From assembly GCA_050575255.1 (NCBI GenBank), contig JBNZDD010013678.1:4560753-4624752 (forward strand): a stretch of DNA of 64,000 nt. Direction: 5' to 3'. The position numbers and the translations under genes were made by a program. The notes below the pieces were generated by a model that worked only from the letters and a program-made list of their open reading frames with translations, was not told the DNA's origin and did not search any database. Origin of the DNA: Harriotta raleighana. Lineage: Eukaryota. Positions 63,401 to 64,000 of the stretch are shown here, piece by piece; position 1 is the stretch's first letter; the number at the start of each line of letters is the position of its first letter.

Positions 63401-63671
63401 GAAAATACATATAACATTTAACACGTTAACGTCACAGACGAGACCAACTGACGCCAGACGAAGAACCAGAAGCTAGGGCTGGACAGAGTTTGTGAGACGA
63501 CAATGAAACATAGACACAGTTTTCAATCAATGATGCGTATGTGCAGCCACACTGTAAATATTTTAAAGTGTCCCATTGGTTTTGTACCTTCTATTGGAGG
63601 AGACACCTTCCTTCTAAGAACAGTAACAGGTTTGCCTTCTTCAGCCACCGGCTTCTTAGGAACCTCCAGCA
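172..63671 (-). CDS. TTN: Titin/connectin, internal part of a multi-exon gene (PEVK, distal Ig I84-I105, I/A junction, A1-A5); continues beyond both window edges
   Basis: Exons with AG/GT ends join in one frame and give Ig, Fn3 and PEVK modules in the order I recall for human titin (e.g. [33 protein letters not shown]). Confidence 0.98.
609..986 (-). CDS. TTN: TTN exon, Ig with charged insertion (A4 by order)
   Basis: 378 nt, RPKVFLSG...EEIKKRER...QVNVL. Confidence 0.93.
1143..1445 (-). CDS. TTN: TTN exon, Fn3 (A3)
   Basis: 303 nt, RPDPPIDVE...AVDPV. Confidence 0.93.
1520..2085 (+). mobile_element. L2-clade LINE 3' fragment, degraded
   Basis: Translates to L2 ORF2 C-terminal motifs ([29 protein letters not shown]). 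Confidence 0.85.
2165..2464 (-). CDS. TTN: TTN exon, Fn3 (A2)
   Basis: 300 nt, LPGQCKNI...AEDPK. Confidence 0.93.
2586..2864 (-). CDS. TTN: TTN exon, Ig (A1)
   Basis: 279 nt, NPTIEVKSQ...NVKVI. Confidence 0.93.
2993..3298 (-). CDS. TTN: TTN exon, Fn3 (I118)
   Basis: 306 nt, APSPPLEL...AKDPD. Confidence 0.93.
3403..3599 (-). CDS. TTN: TTN exon, Fn3 C-terminal half (I117); missing from the ORF track
   Basis: 197 nt, phase 2-1, [19 protein letters not shown]. Confidence 0.9.
3790..3895 (-). CDS. TTN: TTN exon, Fn3 N-terminal half (I117); missing from the ORF track
   Basis: 106 nt, phase 1-2, [25 protein letters not shown]. Confidence 0.9.
4005..4304 (-). CDS. TTN: TTN exon, Fn3 (I116)
   Basis: 300 nt, [10 protein letters not shown]...AKDTY. 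Confidence 0.93.
4394..4693 (-). CDS. TTN: TTN exon, Fn3 (I115)
   Basis: 300 nt, PPWPPGKP...CKDRL. Confidence 0.93.
4734..5010 (-). mobile_element. L2-type 3' end fragment
   Basis: Reverse complement ends in the GGGCGCTATATGAATGCAAG-(TTG)n tail seen on other L2 copies in the window. Confidence 0.6.
5058..5173 (-). CDS. TTN: TTN exon, Fn3 C-half (I114)
   Basis: 116 nt, phase 2-1, [18 protein letters not shown]. Confidence 0.9.
5335..5521 (-). CDS. TTN: TTN exon, Fn3 N-half (I114)
   Basis: 187 nt, phase 1-2, [12 protein letters not shown]...IKDTTL. Confidence 0.9.
5641..5937 (-). CDS. TTN: TTN exon, Fn3 (I113)
   Basis: 297 nt, [10 protein letters not shown]...ARYSF. Confidence 0.93.
6049..6336 (-). 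CDS. TTN: TTN exon, Ig (I112)
   Basis: 288 nt, [10 protein letters not shown]...EVNIL. Confidence 0.93.
6867..6988 (-). CDS. TTN: TTN exon, Fn3 C-half (I111)
   Basis: 122 nt, phase 2-1, [12 protein letters not shown]. Confidence 0.9.
7083..7260 (-). CDS. TTN: TTN exon, Fn3 N-half (I111)
   Basis: 178 nt, phase 1-2, [10 protein letters not shown]. Confidence 0.9.
7565..7740 (+). mobile_element. SINE 3' part (same family as 26928-27231)
   Basis: CAATTGGCTGC...GTGAAGTGCTTTGAGAC...GATAAGGCGCTATATCAAATGCA-(ATT)n; related partial copies near 3640-3725, 9500-9625, 10853-11020, 24790-24850, 28026-28110, 32326-32500, 55355-55500. Confidence 0.8.
7925..8072 (-). CDS. TTN: TTN exon, Fn3 C-half (I110)
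   Basis: 148 nt, phase 0-1, [12 protein letters not shown]. Confidence 0.9.
8635..8786 (-). CDS. TTN: TTN exon, Fn3 N-half (I110)
   Basis: 152 nt, phase 1-0, [10 protein letters not shown]...KTWIK. Confidence 0.9.
8891..9175 (-). CDS. TTN: TTN exon, Ig (I109)
   Basis: 285 nt, APTFDLREF...KVNVI. Confidence 0.93.
9292..9406 (-). CDS. TTN: TTN exon, Fn3 C-half (I108)
   Basis: 115 nt, phase 0-1, [12 protein letters not shown]. Confidence 0.9.
9685..9872 (-). CDS. TTN: TTN exon, Fn3 N-half (I108)
   Basis: 188 nt, phase 1-0, KPSPPINL...ETTSK. Confidence 0.9.
9966..10268 (-). CDS. TTN: TTN exon, Fn3 (I107)
   Basis: 303 nt, IPDAPINV...IMDPI. Confidence 0.93.
10470..10769 (-). CDS. TTN: TTN exon, first Fn3 of the I/A junction (I106)
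   Basis: 300 nt, VPGPIQNL...AKNKF. Confidence 0.93.
11216..11503 (-). CDS. TTN: TTN exon, Ig (I105)
   Basis: 288 nt, VPIIKITD...NLNVI. Confidence 0.93.
12171..12437 (-). CDS. TTN: TTN exon, Ig (I104)
   Basis: 267 nt, [10 protein letters not shown]...KLELA. Confidence 0.93.
12497..16484 (+). mobile_element. About 4-kb L2-clade LINE with disrupted APE endonuclease and RT, antisense to titin
   Basis: APE motifs ([22 protein letters not shown]) and RT motifs ([45 protein letters not shown]) across frameshifts; (GTT)n tail; TTTTGTG at 12490-12496 and 16485-16491 is a possible TSD. Confidence 0.92.
16527..16651 (-). CDS. TTN: TTN exon, Ig C-half (I103), GC donor
   Basis: 125 nt, phase 2-1, [10 protein letters not shown]...RLFVE; donor G|GCAAGT. 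Confidence 0.9.
16749..17157 (-). CDS. TTN: TTN exon, Ig I102 plus N-half of I103
   Basis: 409 nt, phase 1-2, EELKIIEPL...RENK. Confidence 0.93.
17271..17549 (-). CDS. TTN: TTN exon, Ig (I101)
   Basis: 279 nt, [10 protein letters not shown]...MEVQ. Confidence 0.93.
17647..17913 (-). CDS. TTN: TTN exon, Ig (I100)
   Basis: 267 nt, [10 protein letters not shown]...LTVI. Confidence 0.93.
18030..18299 (-). CDS. TTN: TTN exon, Ig (I99)
   Basis: 270 nt, EEADFTKKL...LAVN. Confidence 0.93.
18428..18596 (-). CDS. TTN: TTN exon, Ig C-half (I98)
   Basis: 169 nt, phase 0-1, VRWFKDG...MLTVL. Confidence 0.9.
18804..18901 (-). CDS. TTN: TTN exon, Ig N-half (I98); missing from the ORF track
   Basis: 98 nt, phase 1-0, [17 protein letters not shown]...RENAK. 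Confidence 0.9.
19085..19351 (-). CDS. TTN: TTN exon, Ig (I97)
   Basis: 267 nt, [11 protein letters not shown]...LSVE. Confidence 0.93.
19396..19630 (-). mobile_element. L2 3' end fragment, same family as 12497-16484
   Basis: Reverse complement matches 16265-16484 including GGAGGGCGCTATATAAATC and the (GTT)n tail. Confidence 0.85.
19963..20086 (-). CDS. TTN: TTN exon, Ig C-half (I96); missing from the ORF track
   Basis: 124 nt, phase 0-1, [17 protein letters not shown]...LIVK. Confidence 0.9.
20982..21093 (-). repeat. Short retroelement 3' end, copy 1 of a near-identical pair
   Basis: L2-type tail (GACGTGAAAGGCGCTATATAAAT then (TTGA)n on minus); copy 2 at 21604-21723. Confidence 0.8.
21604..21723 (-). 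repeat. Short retroelement 3' end, copy 2
   Basis: Near-identical to 20982-21093 with the same boundary. Confidence 0.8.
22021..22030. promoter_or_regulatory. MEF2 consensus site
   Basis: TTAAAAATAG matches YTAWWWWTAR exactly; function untested. Confidence 0.4.
22414..22556 (-). CDS. TTN: TTN exon, Ig N-half (I96); extends in frame to an intronic ATG at 22578
   Basis: 143 nt, phase 1-0, [14 protein letters not shown]...ESSDR; acceptor CCAAAG|CA. Confidence 0.92.
22557..22850 (-). promoter_or_regulatory. Candidate Cronos-type internal titin promoter and 5' UTR with alternative start codon
   Basis: AACCATG in frame (MFSPTSK); AGATAG 22694-22699, CATTCC 22701-22706, A/T-rich TATA-like 22709-22716, CATCTG 22764-22769 and 22786-22791, CCAAT 22779-22783, MEF2-like 22822-22831. 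Confidence 0.65.
23587..23713 (-). CDS. TTN: TTN exon, Ig C-half (I95); missing from the ORF track
   Basis: 127 nt, phase 0-1, [11 protein letters not shown]...HLRVK. Confidence 0.9.
23822..23961 (-). CDS. TTN: TTN exon, Ig N-half (I95)
   Basis: 140 nt, phase 1-0, [12 protein letters not shown]...RQSP. Confidence 0.9.
24079..24345 (-). CDS. TTN: TTN exon, Ig (I94)
   Basis: 267 nt, GDPYFVRNL...LNIE. Confidence 0.93.
24457..24723 (-). CDS. TTN: TTN exon, Ig (I93)
   Basis: 267 nt, [11 protein letters not shown]...LVVL. Confidence 0.93.
24990..25256 (-). CDS. TTN: TTN exon, Ig (I92), GC donor
   Basis: 267 nt, IPVTFMKPL...LIIQ; donor G|GCAAGT. Confidence 0.9.
25400..25660 (-). mobile_element. 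Decayed Deu-domain SINE remnant
   Basis: Patchy similarity to 45693-46120 (e.g. GGGATCTTT block). Confidence 0.45.
25723..25849 (-). CDS. TTN: TTN exon, Ig C-half (I91, formerly I27)
   Basis: 127 nt, [18 protein letters not shown]...ANLKVK. Confidence 0.92.
26139..26278 (-). CDS. TTN: TTN exon, Ig N-half (I91/I27); missing from the ORF track
   Basis: 140 nt, [24 protein letters not shown]...LPSP. Confidence 0.92.
26458..26721 (-). CDS. TTN: TTN exon, Ig (I90)
   Basis: 264 nt, ADPYFTVKL...MNIE. Confidence 0.93.
26815..27345 (+). mobile_element. CR1 LINE 3' remnant interrupted by a SINE
   Basis: TTCTCCCAGAGGGTGGCGAGAATGTGGAAC resembles the CR1 copy at 38255-38770; similarity resumes after 27232. 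Confidence 0.65.
26928..27231 (-). mobile_element. Full-length tRNA-headed SINE with L2-like 3' tail
   Basis: Head 27163-27231 has A box TAGCTCAGTGG, B box GTTCAATTCC and a TAC anticodon-like loop; body and (TAT)n tail shared with truncated copies in the window. Confidence 0.88.
27399..27665 (-). CDS. TTN: TTN exon, Ig (I89)
   Basis: 267 nt, [11 protein letters not shown]...LTVL. Confidence 0.93.
28131..28397 (-). CDS. TTN: TTN exon, Ig (I88)
   Basis: 267 nt, IELDFEVPL...LIVT. Confidence 0.93.
28543..28669 (-). CDS. TTN: TTN exon, Ig C-half (I87); missing from the ORF track
   Basis: 127 nt, [11 protein letters not shown]...YLRVK. Confidence 0.9.
28787..28923 (-). CDS. TTN: TTN exon, Ig N-half (I87)
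   Basis: 137 nt, REIDILSEL...RPSP. Confidence 0.9.
29100..29410 (+). mobile_element. Strongly decayed Deu-domain SINE remnant
   Basis: GATGAGACATTAAACTCAG block resembles the Deu core at 45960-45990 (minus strand). Confidence 0.4.
29605..29880 (-). CDS. TTN: TTN exon, Ig (I86)
   Basis: 276 nt, [13 protein letters not shown]...LIVD. Confidence 0.92.
30217..30486 (-). CDS. TTN: TTN exon, Ig (I85)
   Basis: 270 nt, [12 protein letters not shown]...VIVQ. Confidence 0.93.
30795..31190 (-). CDS. TTN: TTN exon, PEVK C-terminus plus Ig I84
   Basis: 396 nt, [22 protein letters not shown]...[10 protein letters not shown]...LIVQ. Confidence 0.93.
32211..32261 (-). CDS. TTN: TTN small distal PEVK exon
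   Basis: 51 nt, phase 1-1, [16 protein letters not shown]; CAG acceptor, GTGAGC donor. Confidence 0.85.
33083..35569 (-). CDS. TTN: TTN giant PEVK-type exon (829 codons)
   Basis: 2487 nt open frame rich in K/E/P/V; TAG|CT acceptor, G|GTGAGA donor, phase 1-1. Confidence 0.85.
36000..36056 (-). CDS. TTN: TTN small PEVK exon
   Basis: 57 nt, phase 1-1, [18 protein letters not shown]. Confidence 0.8.
37610..38020 (+). mobile_element. L2 3' fragment
   Basis: Aligns by eye to 16090-16484, (GTT)n tail. Confidence 0.85.
38255..38770 (+). mobile_element. CR1 LINE 3' end
   Basis: Open frame [19 protein letters not shown]...[14 protein letters not shown] and terminal ATTCTATG repeats typical of CR1. 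Confidence 0.92.
39124..39183 (-). CDS. TTN: TTN small PEVK exon
   Basis: 60 nt, phase 1-1, [19 protein letters not shown]. Confidence 0.82.
40626..40712 (-). CDS. TTN: TTN acidic PEVK exon; missing from the ORF track
   Basis: 87 nt, phase 1-1, [28 protein letters not shown]. Confidence 0.8.
41044..41118 (-). CDS. TTN: TTN PPAK-like exon
   Basis: 75 nt, [25 protein letters not shown]. Confidence 0.85.
41912..42196 (-). CDS. TTN: TTN polyE (Glu/Tyr-rich) PEVK exon
   Basis: 285 nt, phase 1-1, [12 protein letters not shown]...ITIRPK; tandem AAGAAG acceptor allows an alternative start at 42193. Confidence 0.85.
42457..42540 (-). CDS. TTN: TTN PPAK-like exon
   Basis: 84 nt, [28 protein letters not shown]. 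Confidence 0.85.
42604..42720. repeat. Minisatellite, about 29-bp unit, about 4 copies
   Basis: Repeating CAGGTAACATTAAAGGACAG(G/A)ACTCGTA. Confidence 0.85.
43292..43360 (-). CDS. TTN: TTN PPAK-like exon
   Basis: 69 nt, [23 protein letters not shown]. Confidence 0.82.
44140..44211 (-). CDS. TTN: TTN PPAK-like exon
   Basis: 72 nt, [24 protein letters not shown]. Confidence 0.87.
44709..44804 (-). CDS. TTN: TTN PPAK-like exon
   Basis: 96 nt, [12 protein letters not shown]...KDAEK. Confidence 0.85.
45316..45399 (-). CDS. TTN: TTN PPAK exon
   Basis: 84 nt, [28 protein letters not shown]. Confidence 0.9.
45693..46120 (-). mobile_element. Deu-domain SINE (AmnSINE1/SacSINE1-like)
   Basis: Minus strand AGACATTAAACTGAGGTCCCATCTG...TAAAGATCCCATGGCACAATTC...GTGTCCTCGCCAAC matches my recall of the Deu core, followed by AAATTGGCTGCC and an L2-like tail. 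Confidence 0.75.
46554..46637 (-). CDS. TTN: TTN PPAK exon
   Basis: 84 nt, [28 protein letters not shown]. Confidence 0.9.
47332..47412 (-). CDS. TTN: TTN PPAK exon (paralog of 48346-48426)
   Basis: 81 nt, [27 protein letters not shown]. Confidence 0.9.
47535..48148 (-). mobile_element. L2 3' fragment
   Basis: [20 protein letters not shown] motif and (GTT)n tail. Confidence 0.85.
48346..48426 (-). CDS. TTN: TTN PPAK exon
   Basis: 81 nt, [27 protein letters not shown]. Confidence 0.9.
48988..49065 (-). CDS. TTN: TTN PPAK-like exon
   Basis: 78 nt, [26 protein letters not shown]. Confidence 0.85.
49653..49736 (-). CDS. TTN: TTN Glu/Tyr-rich 84-nt PEVK exon
   Basis: 84 nt, [28 protein letters not shown]. 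Confidence 0.83.
50673..50750 (-). CDS. TTN: TTN PPAK-like exon with shifted acceptor
   Basis: 78 nt from CAG at 50753-50751, [26 protein letters not shown]; the usual AAG position reads AAC. Confidence 0.7.
51293..51376 (-). CDS. TTN: TTN PPAK-like exon
   Basis: 84 nt, [28 protein letters not shown]. Confidence 0.87.
51567..52152. mobile_element. Non-autonomous Tc1/mariner-superfamily (pogo/Tigger-like) MITE
   Basis: TIRs CAGTAAAAGCCCATTTATCCG and CGGATAAATGAGCTTTTACTG (20/21 match), TA on both flanks, no transposase ORF. Confidence 0.88.
52445..52528 (-). CDS. TTN: TTN PPAK-like exon
   Basis: 84 nt, [28 protein letters not shown]. Confidence 0.87.
53513..53596 (-). CDS. TTN: TTN PPAK-like exon
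   Basis: 84 nt, [28 protein letters not shown]. Confidence 0.9.
54560..54643 (-). CDS. TTN: TTN PPAK-like exon
   Basis: 84 nt, [28 protein letters not shown]. Confidence 0.9.
54903..54986 (-). CDS. TTN: TTN PPAK-like exon
   Basis: 84 nt, [28 protein letters not shown]. Confidence 0.9.
55966..56049 (-). CDS. TTN: TTN PPAK-like exon
   Basis: 84 nt, [28 protein letters not shown]. Confidence 0.9.
56304..56387 (-). CDS. TTN: TTN PPAK-like exon
   Basis: 84 nt, [28 protein letters not shown]. Confidence 0.9.
56610..57170 (-). mobile_element. L2 3' fragment
   Basis: [27 protein letters not shown] motif. Confidence 0.85.
57467..57550 (-). CDS. TTN: TTN PPAK-like exon
   Basis: 84 nt, [28 protein letters not shown]. 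Confidence 0.88.
58550..58624 (-). CDS. TTN: TTN PPAK-like exon (9 nt shorter)
   Basis: 75 nt, [25 protein letters not shown]. Confidence 0.88.
59117..59345 (+). mobile_element. CR1 3' remnant
   Basis: CTGGAATGCTCTGCCTGAAAG...GATTCGATA...GAGCTGGCACA...ATGGGCCGA parallels 38560-38740. Confidence 0.8.
59624..59704 (-). CDS. TTN: TTN PPAK-like exon
   Basis: 81 nt, [27 protein letters not shown]. Confidence 0.88.
60793..60876 (-). CDS. TTN: TTN PPAK-like exon
   Basis: 84 nt, [28 protein letters not shown]. Confidence 0.88.
61672..61755 (-). CDS. TTN: TTN PPAK-like exon
   Basis: 84 nt, [28 protein letters not shown]. Confidence 0.9.
61984..62067 (-). CDS. TTN: TTN PPAK-like exon
   Basis: 84 nt, [28 protein letters not shown]. 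Confidence 0.9.
63277..63360 (-). CDS. TTN: TTN PPAK-like exon
   Basis: 84 nt, [28 protein letters not shown]. Confidence 0.9.
63588..63671 (-). CDS. TTN: TTN PPAK-like exon
   Basis: 84 nt, [28 protein letters not shown]. Confidence 0.9.
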
Positions 63672-64000
63672 CTTTAAAGAATAGCGTTGTTTAAGAAATG
63701 ATTTGCTTAAGAATACACATAACATTGAAGGCACGTAAACCAAGATAACAAAGAAACATCACAGGAAAACGTACTCAAAATGACATATTGATGGTACGTG
63801 AAATGCATGAGTGAATCAAAAGTAAAATGACTTGTCAACATAGTGTTGTTATCCTGGACAGGATTGCCTCCTTCTGGAAATAACAGGGACTTTTTGCCTT
63901 CATAAGTTAGAAATGTGACTACAAATTACTCTACTTTACACAAATGCCAGTCAGGCCATCAGCGTTTCTGCCTCTACACTTGGAATTCCATCCCCAAATC

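Noticed and set aside
41044-63671. Regularly spaced conserved motif (GGAACCTCTGGCACTTTAAAGAATATT) that looks like a CRISPR-style array
   Set aside because: These are PPAK exon starts plus acceptors of a eukaryotic gene; spacing is irregular (0.3-1.2 kb) and there are no cas genes

Overview
This is eukaryotic (vertebrate) genomic DNA with no prokaryotic features. The whole window lies inside one gene, titin/connectin (TTN), on the minus strand, and neither end of the gene is in the window. In transcription order (64000 to 1) it holds about 30 small phase-1/phase-1 PEVK exons (PPAK-like and Glu-rich), one 2487-nt PEVK-type exon, the distal tandem Ig segment (I84-I105 by order), the I/A junction (I106-I118) and the first D-zone domains (A1-A5). 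I placed 83 exons by reading splice sites and checking that frames join. Domain numbers are inferred from order and from my recall of human titin. Introns carry L2 and CR1 LINE remnants, tRNA-headed and Deu-domain SINEs, and a Tigger/pogo-like MITE. This repeat content and the titin divergence suggest a cartilaginous fish, possibly a chimaera (inference). The best finding is a candidate internal promoter with an in-frame ATG ([12 protein letters not shown]) just upstream of the I96 exon, where the short Cronos titin isoform starts in zebrafish and mammals. Other leads are the giant repeat-built PEVK exon with a Trp/acidic tail, an RBFOX-motif cluster around it, a stereotyped UCUU/AAG acceptor on PEVK exons, tandem two-exon duplications, a shifted splice acceptor and two GC donors. 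Ten single-N junctions with duplicated flanks are probably assembly artefacts.
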